Positions 8,914 to 19,463 of a DNA stretch of 56,421 nucleotides are shown piece after piece. The translations under genes and the position numbers were made by a program. The number at the start of each line of letters is the position of its first letter. The first letter of the stretch is position 1. Below the pieces are notes generated by a model. It saw only the letters and a list, made by a program, of their open reading frames with translations, searched no databases and was not told the origin of the DNA. Source of the DNA: an uncultured Bacilli bacterium (GTDB lineage Bacteria; Bacillota_I; Bacilli_A; RFN20; CAG-826); the NCBI GenBank assembly GCA_944336335.1, contig CALVLC010000036.1:1-56421 (forward strand), read 5' to 3'.

Positions 8914-11508
8914 TTAATGTTTTTTACGAATTACAAAGTAATAAACAAGTCCACCAATAAGGCCAACACCAGCAACGCCACCAACTACGCCACCAACAAT
9001 AGCTCCAACATTAAAAGGATCATCTTCTGGAACTATTGGTTCATTAGGATCTGTAGGATCACTTGGATCAGTGCCTTCTTCTCCCCAAACAGCATATAAA
9101 GTTACATTTCCTTCAGGAATAAATGTATCTTTATCATCATAGACTACTTCACCATCTTTTGATGTAGCCCAACCTTTAAATTCAAGTTCGCCATTTTCAA
9201 ATCCAACTTCTGGAAGAGTGACATAGGCTAAGGCATCTGTTGTAATGCTATCCATTGTACCAGTTCCACCGTTAGCATCAAAACTTACTGTATATGTATT
9301 GATTTGCCAAACTGCATATAAAGTAACATCTTCATAATCATTGATTGAACTTACTGTAGCTTTGTCTTCATAAGCAACTGTTCCTTCTGAAGTTAAACTC
9401 CAACCATCAAATGTGTAGTGTTCTCTTGTAAATGTATTTGCTGGTAAAGTAACGTCTGTTCCATATGTTGCAGTGATTGCGTCAAGCGTTCCTTCTCCAC
9501 CATTTGCATCAAAACTGATTGTGTAGTCTTTTGCTTCCCATTGAGCATAGAAAGTTGTATTACCAGAAATATTTTCAATTGTTGCACCATCTTCATAAGA
9601 TGTCCCTGTTCCATCAGGTTTGGTATTCCAACCAACAAATTCATGACCTAATTTTGTGAATGTATTTTTAGGTAAGGTTAATGTTGGATTGTTCTTTTCA
9701 ACATAAATTTGAATTGTTTCGCCGTTTCCAGTATTTGCATCAAGAGAAATTTCAAATGTATCTAAAGTCCAAATTGCATAGAGTTCAACTGGTTCTGTTG
9801 TAGAAATTTCACTACCAATTGCGTATGAAGTTCCTGTTCCATCAGCTTTTGTATTCCATGATGATAAGACATAACCTTCTCTTGTGAATGTGTCACCTTT
9901 TAATGTTAATGAATCAGCTGTAACAAATGGTTCAACAACATTATCAGTATCATAATTAGAGTGAAGTTTTACTGACTTAATTTCATCTCCAATGAAATCT
10001 TTGATATTGCTTGTATCAGCGGCTTTGGAGTAAACACGAATATTATCAAAATACGCGTTAATGAAATTGTCGCCTTCGTGAGAATTTGTTCCGAGCAAAA
10101 TATTACCTTCATTACTCTTTGCAAGATCATGTAGGAAAGTTTCACAACGTGGTTGATTATCTCCGATTGTTATTTCACTCATCAATTCACCATCAACATA
10201 AATAGCAATTTTATTGTCATCAAATGTTGTTGTAAAATTAATCCACTTGTGGTTTGTAAAATGGAAACCATTGTCACCGAGAAGTTGATTTTCGCCATTA
10301 TTTACATAAGAAACTTCAAAAAGTTTTTGTTCATTTCTTGGACAATAAACCATATAAGTAAGTCTTTTATCAATTGTAGCATATAAATCAATAAATCTAT
10401 CCCAATCTGATGAGTCAGAACTTTGTAAATTTATATCAAATGAAATTGTATATTCACTAAAGCCAGAAATGAAATTTGGATTTACGTCTTCTGTAAAACC
10501 TCTATCTGGATTTGCAGATTTTCCAGTTAAAGCTAATGCTGCACCATCTTGAATTGTTACATAACCATTATCAGAAACACTATCTTTTACGAAATGATGT
10601 TTTGTATTGTCTGGATCTTTATAAATACCTAAATCATAATCTCTTACATTATTGCTAAGATATGTTTCTTCACTATCAAATGTCCATTCATCTGTTAAGA
10701 AGTCACTTGCAGTGAAATTATAAAGAGTTTCAATTGAAGCTTCATCTAAAGCTTCGCTATAAATTCTAAAATCAGCAATTTGACCTTTGTAATCGTTATG
10801 AGGACCTTCATCGTGATATCCACTATAAGAAGATTGACCTAAGTAGAAATGCGCTGTTTCACTTGCATATTGACTTGGAGAAAAACTTGGATCTAATTCT
10901 TGTGTTAAAACTAAATCACCGTTCTCATAGACATTAAATTCATGATTTGCGCCATCAATAACATATGTCATGTGATACCAAGCATCATAAACTGGTGCGA
11001 CGCCTGTGTTAAGGTTAATACCACTTGGATTCCCAGCGCAAAAAATATAATCGTTATTATGAAAAGATGCATAAGGATCACTTCTGAAAGCGACATCATT
11101 TTCAGGTGAATAAATACCAATTTCACCTAAATATGATTCAACACCTGATGGCAAATAATACCAGCCAGAAATACTAACAACATCTTGCCCTTCAAAAATG
11201 TCAGTTGGTAATTCTAAATAATTTACTTTTTGAGTTCCACCAGGTAAATTAATACCTTTTTTACCTTGAGGACCATCAACTGATGTAATTGTATTGCCAT
11301 TTTGTAAAATAGCATCAGCAAATGCTGTTCCACTTGTGTTCTTTCCTAAATTATTAATGTCTGAAAAATCCAAAGCATAAAGCAAATTGCTTGAAGAATT
11401 TTCGCTAAATACATCAGGATTATCGAACGACGTACAAAATAAGCCGCCCGTTAAGAGTGTAGCCGACAAAAGCAGACATTTTCCGTGTCTAAACATTTTT
11501 TGTTTCAT
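8914..11508 (-). CDS. Membrane-anchored surface protein: two LamG/concanavalin-like domains, several InlB B-repeats, C-terminal TM helix
   Basis: Signal peptide; WYHMTYV and FDNIRVY LamG motifs; repeated F..W.....G and LYA.W B-repeat units; DPSDPTDPNEP linker; GAIVGGVVGGVAGVGLIGGLVYYFVIRKKH anchor. Confidence 0.82.
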   Translation of the reverse strand: MKQKMFRHGKCLLLSATLLTGGLFCTSFDNPDVFSENSSSNLLYALDFSDINNLGKNTSGTAFADAILQNGNTITSVDGPQGKKGINLPGGTQKVNYLELPTDIFEGQDVVSISGWYYLPSGVESYLGEIGIYSPENDVAFRSDPYASFHNNDYIFCAGNPSGINLNTGVAPVYDAWYHMTYVIDGANHEFNVYENGDLVLTQELDPSFSPSQYASETAHFYLGQSSYSGYHDEGPHNDYKGQIADFRIYSEALDEASIETLYNFTASDFLTDEWTFDSEETYLSNNVRDYDLGIYKDPDNTKHHFVKDSVSDNGYVTIQDGAALALTGKSANPDRGFTEDVNPNFISGFSEYTISFDINLQSSDSSDWDRFIDLYATIDKRLTYMVYCPRNEQKLFEVSYVNNGENQLLGDNGFHFTNHKWINFTTTFDDNKIAIYVDGELMSEITIGDNQPRCETFLHDLAKSNEGNILLGTNSHEGDNFINAYFDNIRVYSKAADTSNIKDFIGDEIKSVKLHSNYDTDNVVEPFVTADSLTLKGDTFTREGYVLSSWNTKADGTGTSYAIGSEISTTEPVELYAIWTLDTFEISLDANTGNGETIQIYVEKNNPTLTLPKNTFTKLGHEFVGWNTKPDGTGTSYEDGATIENISGNTTFYAQWEAKDYTISFDANGGEGTLDAITATYGTDVTLPANTFTREHYTFDGWSLTSEGTVAYEDKATVSSINDYEDVTLYAVWQINTYTVSFDANGGTGTMDSITTDALAYVTLPEVGFENGELEFKGWATSKDGEVVYDDKDTFIPEGNVTLYAVWGEEGTDPSDPTDPNEPIVPEDDPFNVGAIVGGVVGGVAGVGLIGGLVYYFVIRKKH

Positions 11509-11645
11509 GTTTTTTGTTCCTTCCTTTTTTAATATTCTAAAAATTAATAATTAGGAAATTTATGCACTAAAAGTAATATTTTATGTATAAAAGTACGATT
11601 TGATTAAAGTTTTAAATCTAGGACTTTTCTATTTTCTAGATAGTC

Positions 11646-11685
11646 AAAAAAAGACCTTAGTTCAAATTAAACTAAGATCTTTTTT
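11646..11685 (-). terminator. Intrinsic terminator
   Basis: AAAAAAGACCTTAGTT / AACTAAGATCTTTTTT inverted repeat just after the 11704 stop. Confidence 0.7.
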
Positions 11686-11703
11686 CTATATTATCTTTCT
11701 TTT

Positions 11704-12801
11704 TTATCTACGATATTCAAATTGTCTTCTGAAATACGATAAATTGCCTTCATCATCTTCGTAATACCACATTTCTCCAAATGAAGAATCACTAATATTA
11801 GAAGGATATTCTTCGGTAGGCAAAGAACCAATTCTTGTTAATTCAACTGGTTGATAGTTTGCATCAACTGCTGTAATAGCTGGTGCATCATTTAGTTGAC
11901 TAATTGATGAAAAACTATAAGTCGTTGAACCTTCAAAAACAATTCCAGTCGAATTAGCTTTTTTAGCCATTGGTGTCATTGAAATATCATCAATCCAAAC
12001 AGTGGATGGAGCATCGTCAACTTCTGTAAATCTTCCAAGAGTTAAACCTAATTTGACACTAGAGTAATTTTCATCAGAAGTATAATAGAATTTAAGTTCT
12101 GTGTATTCATTAGTCCCAGTTGGAAGTCCAACAGAGTTAGGCATACTAGATTCAATTACTTTGTAGCCTTGACTTGGGACTTCTACTGTGCAGCCAATGT
12201 TTCGTCCAGTTGTTGATTTAGCTTTGAAACTAATTTCATAAGTAACACCTTTTTTAACATCAAGTCCATTATATTCAACTTGATTAAGCCAATACGTGTT
12301 ACCACTATTTGTAATATTGATTCTCATAGCTTTATTAATGCTATCATAATCAAAATTCATGACACTTCCGTTATTTCCATTTCCTGACCAACCTTGAATT
12401 CCGTTATCAAAACTTCCATCAGGTATGTAGCACCCTTGAACTACACGAACAGTTCTTAATTGGGTTCCTGTATTTTTTTCATCAACAACGGTATCTCCAT
12501 CATAAGCTTTGAAAAAGACAACATAAGATCCTTCTTTTGTTAGATCGATTTCATCGCTCATTTCTTCATCAAGTTTTACAACTAAATCTTTACCTTCATT
12601 ATCTTTAGCAGAAACTCCTTGAGTTAAATCTGGAAGAGTTGTTCCCATATTAACTTCAATGTCTTCTAAACCTTTCCAAATTGCGTAACGTTCTTCCTTT
12701 TCTTCTGTTGGATTTTCAGGTGTTCCACAGGAAAATAAACTTACGCCAAGTCCTAAAGTTAATGTTGAAAGTAAACTCAAAGTTAAAAATCTTTTTTTCA
12801 T
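11704..12801 (-). CDS. Lipoprotein with Ig-like and CBM4/9-like domains
   Basis: LFSC lipobox; DGSFDNGIQGW, TYEISFKAKS and WIDDISM typical of CBM4/9; paralogue of the 30843 gene. Confidence 0.78.
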   Translation of the reverse strand: MKKRFLTLSLLSTLTLGLGVSLFSCGTPENPTEEKEERYAIWKGLEDIEVNMGTTLPDLTQGVSAKDNEGKDLVVKLDEEMSDEIDLTKEGSYVVFFKAYDGDTVVDEKNTGTQLRTVRVVQGCYIPDGSFDNGIQGWSGNGNNGSVMNFDYDSINKAMRINITNSGNTYWLNQVEYNGLDVKKGVTYEISFKAKSTTGRNIGCTVEVPSQGYKVIESSMPNSVGLPTGTNEYTELKFYYTSDENYSSVKLGLTLGRFTEVDDAPSTVWIDDISMTPMAKKANSTGIVFEGSTTYSFSSISQLNDAPAITAVDANYQPVELTRIGSLPTEEYPSNISDSSFGEMWYYEDDEGNLSYFRRQFEYRR

Positions 12802-12821
12802 GATATTTACCTACAATTTCA

Positions 12822-15800
12822 TTATTTAACGTTCCATGTGTTGGTGATGACATTTAAATCTTTATCTAATCTGACGAAGCTTCTAGCATCCTCAACATGT
12901 GGATTTTCAACGTATGATTCTGGATATTCTGTCCATTGACCCCAGTGATGACCGTTTTCGTCATCACATTCAACATTTGCTGCAACGCCAATTATAGAAT
13001 TTTCGTCAACTGAAGTTCCAGAATCTTTACCTAATAACTCATAAGGAATAAATGTGATAGATTTACTTCCTTTAGTATGGAATTTAAGACCAGATTCTGT
13101 CATTAAAGCAGCATAATCTTTATCCTGTGTATTAACATCACTACTATGATTAACGAAATATTTATAGCCCCATCTACCTTGAATGTTTGCCCAACGTGTA
13201 CATCTGTTATCAATTCCGTTTCTATTAAAGTCTTCTTCGTTTTGTGCAACATCAATAAAGACATTTAAAATGCTAGATGGTTTAATTCCTTGTAATTCTT
13301 GATTTTCGCTTTCAGTGATAATAAAGATACCTTCACTATTTTTACCAATTGACAATTTATAGCGGAAATCAGTATATCCTTCACCAACAACACCTAAAAC
13401 TTCACTTTGTTTAGTGATTTGGGCTTCTAATTCATCAAAAGCTGATGGGTTATTTGAAGTATCAAGATAGAAAGTTCCATCTAAACCACATCTTGTATAT
13501 GTGAATTGATTATCATATTCACTGTTTACACCTGATGGGTTAGTATTTGCTTTTGCTCCACTTTCTTCATGAGTAAATGTCATAAATCCAAATACTTCAT
13601 TTCTTTCAATTCTTAAGAACTCATAAGGAAGTTTAACTGATAAATGATATTCGCCATCAACTTCTTTTAATGATGCAATTGCTTCACCTGGTCCAAACTC
13701 TGTGCCTTGATAAGTTTCAAAACGAACTGTGCCATCACCATTTAATGTAAAGTTGCAATCTCTAGGATCTTGTCTACCATTATCAGAATGAAGTAAAGTA
13801 TCGCCAAAATCTAAGAATGTTTCATATCTAAAACCATTAATTTCTTGAGGATTAAAGTTACTAACGAAATCAAAAGTTAAAGCGCTTTCTTCTCTATATA
13901 CATAAAGGCTTGTTGATCTTGAATCAGTCTTATAAATTTCATATCCATTACTTTCATGAACAAGATAAATATCACCTAAACTGACATTATTATCTGCATC
14001 CATGACATCATCCATAATGTCTTGAATTGAAACAACATATTCACAAGATTCATATCCTTCTTTTGCAATTTGAAGAGTAATGTCACCTTTAAAAGTAAGA
14101 TTCTCAAAAATAAATGAGCCATCTTCTAAAGTGTTAACTGTTGTTTCTCCAATTGTAACACTAACTTCATTTAAAGCGCCATTTACGCCAATGATTTTTC
14201 CACTTACATTCTTAGTAAATTCGCTTTCTTCTTCTTTTAATAGAACAATGTCTTTTGTAGGGTTTTCACTTGAAAGTAAGCTAGAAATATTTTCTGTTTG
14301 AGAAATATATCCATCTTTTTCAAAGCTTATTTCACCATTTTCTGTTCCATCAAAATTAATTGAATAAGCACCTTCTTCATTAGTTGTTGTGCTCTTTTCT
14401 CCATATCTAACAGTGACATCACTAATTGGAGCATTATTAGAATCAGTTACTTTACCAGTAATTGTTCCTTCTTTAACTTCAACTTCAAAAGAATCTGACT
14501 TAGATGGATCTTTTGTTGAAGTTGCAGTTATTGTGGCTTTACCAACTTTGAGTGGTTTTAATAAACCATTTTCAACAGTTGCTATTGTTTCATCTGAACT
14601 TGACCAAGTTACACTTTGTTCAGCAGTTTCTGGAGTAACTTTAGCTGATAATTGAACTCCGTTTGATAAGGCTGTTAATTCACTTTGTTTATTCAAAATC
14701 TCAACAGAACCTACTTGAAATTCAGGAGAATTTTGTCCCCAAGTATTTGGAATAACTTTTAAATCTTTATCAAGTCTAACAAAACTTGCTGGCTCTTCAA
14801 CATGAGGTTCATTAACGTAACCTCCAACATATGGAGCTTGCCACTTGTTCCAATTACCAGCACCTTGTTCAATATTTGCAGCAATGCCAAAAGCAGAATC
14901 CTTGTTAAGTCCTTCACCTAAAACTTCATATGGAATATAAACAATTGTCTTTCCTTTAGTTGATTCGTGTTTTACGCCAAGGTTGATTAAATCATTGTTT
15001 TCTACCTTGTTATCAAAAACTGCATTAGGTCCTTTAACGTCGTATTTAACTAACCATTTTCCACTTTCTAACGCAAAATGTTTAACTTTACTATCGGTTT
15101 CTCTATCGAAATTATCTTGATTTTGTTCAGTATCAATAAAGAAATGATAATAAGTAACATCTTGAATAAATGGGTTAGTTTTATCGTCTTTATCAGCAAT
15201 GATGTATAAACCAGTATCACTCTTACCCATTGAGATCGAGTAAGTATAATTTCCATCTGTTCCAACGTGGCCTAAAACTTCACTTTTTGTAGTAATTTCT
15301 TTTTCAAGGACATTATTATTTACATTGCTTTGATAAATTGTTCCATCCATTGCAACGCGTGGATATGTATAGGTGTTATACCATTCTACATTATAGCCAG
15401 CAGGATTTTTCATATTGTAATCTGCTTCGCTTGGATAATGGTCAATTACATGGAAACCAAAAATTTCTTCACTTCCTGCTTTTAAATATGAGTAAGGGAA
15501 AGTAACTTCAACTACTGAAGTATTTGTTTCAAGATTTTCAGTATATAAATGAGTTGGCGTTCCTTCTCCAAAGCTTCCTGAATAATGAGTTGCTGAATCA
15601 AAACCTTTACTAGAAATACAGAATAAACTATCTCTATTATCTAAATGATCGTGATCAGAAGGTGAAGTTTCTCCAAAATCAAGGAAGAGCTCGAAATAAA
15701 AACTTGTTTCAGAAAGTTTAAAGTCACTTGTAAATTTAAATGTAACATCTTCTAAACCTCTATAAATGTTAACTTCACTATGACGTGTCCCATCTTCTGA

Positions 15801-16712
15801 TGCGTAAACATCATATGCTTCTGTTTCATTTTTTAAATCAATAGTTCCTAAATCTAAAGTTCTATTTCCAGCAAGAATTTGCGCTAAAAAGTCTTCAAGT
15901 TTATATGTTTTACTAGCGACAAGGAAATTTTCTTTTGAAGCAGTTAAAACAAATTCAGAACCGATTTCAATATTTTCGATCTTAAATGAACCATCTTCTA
16001 ATGTAGTTACTGTTGTATCATTAACTTTGATTTCAGCACCACCGATTTCAGGATCATTAATGTTACCAACTTTTCCTGTTAAAGTTACACTAACTTTTTC
16101 ATCAAGTGCATATAAAGTGACTGCTTGTTCAATTGAACCATCAGAAGTTTTAATTTCTTCTGTTAAATCAAAAGTACGGGAAGCATAACCATCTTTGCTT
16201 GCTTCTAAAATAAAATTATTTTCAGTGCCATCAAGTGTTAATGAATATTTTCCATCACTTCCAGAAGTTGCACTTCTCCCACCAATTGAAAGAGTAACTC
16301 CGCTAATAGCTTCACCATTTAATCCAGTTACAGTTCCACTTAAAACTGTTCCAGTAACTTCTAAAACAAAACTATCTTTTTTACTTGTATCAACGGTTGA
16401 TGTTGCAGTAATTGTTGTTTTACCAATTCCTTTTACAGACAATGTACCATCTGCACTAACTGTAGCAACTTTTTCATCACTACTAGTCCAAGTAACATCT
16501 TGTTTAGCATTAGTTGGATTAACAAGTGCTTCAAGTTTCACATCTGCACTTCCAATTCTTAAAGAAGTATATTTTTTAGTAATAACGACTGATTCAATGG
16601 TATTAGTTTCACCTTGGTTTTGCGATTCATTGCCACAACCTGCAAGAGAAACTAAAGAAATTCCACTAAGAAGTAAACACGAACTTAAAATTAGAATTTT
16701 TCTTCTTTTCAT
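12822..16712 (-). CDS. Large surface lipoprotein made of two homologous halves (Big_2 Ig, carboxypeptidase-regulatory-like domains, putative carbohydrate-binding domains)
   Basis: LAGC lipobox; VTWTSSDEKVATV / VTWSSSDETIATV; SGTVTGLNGEAISGVT / TGKVTDSNNAPISDVT; both halves end PHVE..SFVRLDKDL.V..NTW. Confidence 0.8.
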   Translation of the reverse strand: MKRRKILILSSCLLLSGISLVSLAGCGNESQNQGETNTIESVVITKKYTSLRIGSADVKLEALVNPTNAKQDVTWTSSDEKVATVSADGTLSVKGIGKTTITATSTVDTSKKDSFVLEVTGTVLSGTVTGLNGEAISGVTLSIGGRSATSGSDGKYSLTLDGTENNFILEASKDGYASRTFDLTEEIKTSDGSIEQAVTLYALDEKVSVTLTGKVGNINDPEIGGAEIKVNDTTVTTLEDGSFKIENIEIGSEFVLTASKENFLVASKTYKLEDFLAQILAGNRTLDLGTIDLKNETEAYDVYASEDGTRHSEVNIYRGLEDVTFKFTSDFKLSETSFYFELFLDFGETSPSDHDHLDNRDSLFCISSKGFDSATHYSGSFGEGTPTHLYTENLETNTSVVEVTFPYSYLKAGSEEIFGFHVIDHYPSEADYNMKNPAGYNVEWYNTYTYPRVAMDGTIYQSNVNNNVLEKEITTKSEVLGHVGTDGNYTYSISMGKSDTGLYIIADKDDKTNPFIQDVTYYHFFIDTEQNQDNFDRETDSKVKHFALESGKWLVKYDVKGPNAVFDNKVENNDLINLGVKHESTKGKTIVYIPYEVLGEGLNKDSAFGIAANIEQGAGNWNKWQAPYVGGYVNEPHVEEPASFVRLDKDLKVIPNTWGQNSPEFQVGSVEILNKQSELTALSNGVQLSAKVTPETAEQSVTWSSSDETIATVENGLLKPLKVGKATITATSTKDPSKSDSFEVEVKEGTITGKVTDSNNAPISDVTVRYGEKSTTTNEEGAYSINFDGTENGEISFEKDGYISQTENISSLLSSENPTKDIVLLKEEESEFTKNVSGKIIGVNGALNEVSVTIGETTVNTLEDGSFIFENLTFKGDITLQIAKEGYESCEYVVSIQDIMDDVMDADNNVSLGDIYLVHESNGYEIYKTDSRSTSLYVYREESALTFDFVSNFNPQEINGFRYETFLDFGDTLLHSDNGRQDPRDCNFTLNGDGTVRFETYQGTEFGPGEAIASLKEVDGEYHLSVKLPYEFLRIERNEVFGFMTFTHEESGAKANTNPSGVNSEYDNQFTYTRCGLDGTFYLDTSNNPSAFDELEAQITKQSEVLGVVGEGYTDFRYKLSIGKNSEGIFIITESENQELQGIKPSSILNVFIDVAQNEEDFNRNGIDNRCTRWANIQGRWGYKYFVNHSSDVNTQDKDYAALMTESGLKFHTKGSKSITFIPYELLGKDSGTSVDENSIIGVAANVECDDENGHHWGQWTEYPESYVENPHVEDARSFVRLDKDLNVITNTWNVK

Positions 16713-16732
16713 AATCCTTCTATCCTTTCAAA

Positions 16733-19378
16733 TTATTTAATATAGATTTTTATTATATTTTCTTGGTCTAACCCACTTGATACATCAACACTTAAAACAT
16801 CACTATCTCTAGATCCGCCTTCTGTTGAGAATGGGAAACCATTATCTTTTTGAATTATATTTGCTGAAACTAAGCTGTCGTTTACAGTAACTTTTTTGAT
16901 GTTTGCAAAATCGCCAACTTGATGAATTCTAAAGTTCATTTCTCTCTTTGAGAATGCATCGCCTCCATCAAATTCACCTTCACTCTTACCAACTTTAACT
17001 ACAAAACAGCCTTCTTCTTCATCAAAATAAGATTCATAAGGAGTTTTACGGTTTTGTCCGTATTTATAAGCTGTTGTTTCTGTGTCATCTTCATAAAGAT
17101 AGCTTGAAGAACTTCCAGTTTTACTTGGATAAACATCATATGTGATCTGGCTCCAATCAAATTTAGAAGTGTTATCTTGATAGTCAAGTAATGGAGTTAC
17201 ACTACCTAATTTCACAAAAATAGGGCTTTCTTCTAAGGTAAACTTCTCAATATATGATTTTTTACCTTCATAAACTTCTCCGCTAAAAACGTTTAACCAT
17301 TCGCCTTCTGGTAAATAGAAACTCTTTGTATCTAAACCACTTGTATTTTTATAATTCAAAGTTAAATAAGCATTACCAGAACCTTCATAATATTCAACTC
17401 TAATGTTATAAGATTTATTAGCTTTTAAGTCTCCAATTTCATAGGTGACGCTATCATTTGCCATCCATTTATCTAAAACTAATTCGTCATCGATATAAAC
17501 TCTAACACCATCATCAACAGTCAAAGCAAAAGATGTATCTTGAGTTGGAGTAATTTTAGCTTCAAATTTTCCAGAGAAATTATCAGCATTTACTCCGGCA
17601 ATTGGAGAAGATGAACCCCATTGGAAATCAAAAGTATTATATTCCATTGTTGCAGCAGGTTCGCCATCTAAACTTGTATTGTTGTAATAAGTTGCTTTAA
17701 CAGTTCCATCAATCCAATCAACAGGAATTGAATTATAAATATCATCTGTAATTGGAGCAAAAAGAATATTATCCCCTAATGTCCATTCATCATATCTAGC
17801 AGCATTTTTATCATCAGCCCAATTAAATTCAAGAGATCTTACTAATGGTAAACCAGTATCCCAGTTTTCATAAGCAAGTTGATAGAAAAGACCAAGAAGT
17901 CTATATCTCATCTTCATGTATTCTCTTGAAATATTTAAAGCTTCTTCTCCATATAACCATGGTTGTCTATATCTTTGATTATATTTCGATGAATGAGGTC
18001 TAAAAATAGGCGTTAAAGCACCATATTGAATCCATCTTGTGTAAAGTTCGTTTGATGGATTTCCTTGGTGTCCTCCAAGATCGCTATTAAGATATGCAAT
18101 ATCATTGATTCCACCTTTAATCATGTTTGCTACTTCTTGAGCAAGAGAATATGCAGGTGAATAAATATCACCAGTCCAGGTCATAGAGTAGCGATGAGAT
18201 GCAGTATTTTTAATATCTCTATATGCACCATGATAAATATCATCAGCATTAGCCATAATAATTGGTCTTCTATAAATCTGTTCACTTCCGGCTAACTCTT
18301 GGAAAGCATGTTCAGTAACATCATGGAAAAGATACATGCCCCAAGTTTCAGGATTAATTGAAGAAATTGGAGTATCCAAAGCAACGGACCGGTTACGATC
18401 ATACCACCAATAATCTAAACCCATCTTTAAATATTTAGTTAAATTATCTTCTCTATATTTAACATCGATTGGATCGAGTAAAGATGAAGATCCTTCAGCA
18501 GGTTCTGGGTGATCATTAAACATAATGTCAATGCCAAGTTCTTCACAATCAGTCAAAAAGCCTTCCATATCTGGGAATAAATCGGTATTAACATCATAGC
18601 CAATACCATCTGCACCATACGATCTTCTCCAGTCAGTATCGATGACCATATTATCTAAAGGAAGGTCATATTTATCATATTGAGCAATTTCTTCTAAAGC
18701 TGTTTTATCTGAATATGCGTAATACTTTGAATCCCAAACACCTAAAGTTTGAAGTCTTACCATTTCGGCTTTTCCAGTAAGATTTGTGTAAAGTTTTCTT
18801 AACTTGCGTCCATCTTTTAAAGGTGTAACAACATAAACATCTCTAACATCATCTTCAATAACATAATCACTTAATTCATCTGCATCACTTCGATATGTAT
18901 AACCACCATCTGGAATTAAAATACGAGGCGAATCAGCAATGGCGAAGGCATTTGGTGTCGCTCTAGGTGATGGTAATTCACCACTATTGGCAATGTCTTT
19001 ATACTCGTAAATTTTTGTTTGTTTATAAGTGATATAAATTCCTTCTAAAGTACCCGCACTTGGTACATAGATTTCAGTATCGCCTAAATCAATTACATGA
19101 TAGCCATCTTTATCTTCCTCTGTGAAAACTGCACCTTTATAATCATCACGGTTTGGAATAAAGAATGTGTTTTCATCTTCAAATCCACCTTTATATTTTT
19201 CTTCAAATCTAAAGGTATTTTCATCAAGAATTTGAACTCTAACGTCTCCAACAATAATGTTTCCAATTGATGGATTTTGTGGCTTGTTATTGTCATCATT
19301 ATTTACAGGTGTTCCTCCACAGGAAGAAAGTAAAAAACAAGAGATAATAAAGCCAACCGATAAGAACTTATGCTTCAT
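16733..19378 (-). CDS. GH31-family glycosidase lipoprotein with inserted PA14 domain
   Basis: LSSC lipobox; WWYDRN nucleophile region, HRYSMTWTGDI acid/base region, RWIQYGALTPIFRPHS; PA14 motifs VDDGVRVYID and RVEYYEGSG. Confidence 0.87.
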   Translation of the reverse strand: MKHKFLSVGFIISCFLLSSCGGTPVNNDDNNKPQNPSIGNIIVGDVRVQILDENTFRFEEKYKGGFEDENTFFIPNRDDYKGAVFTEEDKDGYHVIDLGDTEIYVPSAGTLEGIYITYKQTKIYEYKDIANSGELPSPRATPNAFAIADSPRILIPDGGYTYRSDADELSDYVIEDDVRDVYVVTPLKDGRKLRKLYTNLTGKAEMVRLQTLGVWDSKYYAYSDKTALEEIAQYDKYDLPLDNMVIDTDWRRSYGADGIGYDVNTDLFPDMEGFLTDCEELGIDIMFNDHPEPAEGSSSLLDPIDVKYREDNLTKYLKMGLDYWWYDRNRSVALDTPISSINPETWGMYLFHDVTEHAFQELAGSEQIYRRPIIMANADDIYHGAYRDIKNTASHRYSMTWTGDIYSPAYSLAQEVANMIKGGINDIAYLNSDLGGHQGNPSNELYTRWIQYGALTPIFRPHSSKYNQRYRQPWLYGEEALNISREYMKMRYRLLGLFYQLAYENWDTGLPLVRSLEFNWADDKNAARYDEWTLGDNILFAPITDDIYNSIPVDWIDGTVKATYYNNTSLDGEPAATMEYNTFDFQWGSSSPIAGVNADNFSGKFEAKITPTQDTSFALTVDDGVRVYIDDELVLDKWMANDSVTYEIGDLKANKSYNIRVEYYEGSGNAYLTLNYKNTSGLDTKSFYLPEGEWLNVFSGEVYEGKKSYIEKFTLEESPIFVKLGSVTPLLDYQDNTSKFDWSQITYDVYPSKTGSSSSYLYEDDTETTAYKYGQNRKTPYESYFDEEEGCFVVKVGKSEGEFDGGDAFSKREMNFRIHQVGDFANIKKVTVNDSLVSANIIQKDNGFPFSTEGGSRDSDVLSVDVSSGLDQENIIKIYIK

Positions 19379-19411
19379 AAATTTCTCCTCTATATATAAG
19401 TTAATTATGAA

Positions 19412-19427
19412 ACATTACCGGTAATGT
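19412..19427. promoter_or_regulatory. Perfect 16-bp palindrome ACATTACCGGTAATGT; candidate operator (ACATTA-N4-TAATGT family)
   Basis: Perfect dyad about 35 bp upstream of the GH31 start. Confidence 0.6.
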
Positions 19428-19440
19428 ATAAAGAGGAATT

Positions 19441-19460
19441 TTACTTTAATTTTAATGTAA
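19441..19460. promoter_or_regulatory. Second copy of TTACATTA-N4-TAATGTAA motif (1 mismatch)
   Basis: TTACTTTAATTTTAATGTAA. Confidence 0.55.
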
Positions 19461-19463
19461 ATG

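Noticed and set aside
16195-16740. 181-aa plus-strand ORF (also 14080-14301 and 14389-14655)
   Set aside because: Antisense to the large lipoprotein; Ser/Val/Thr-rich composition typical of shadow frames.
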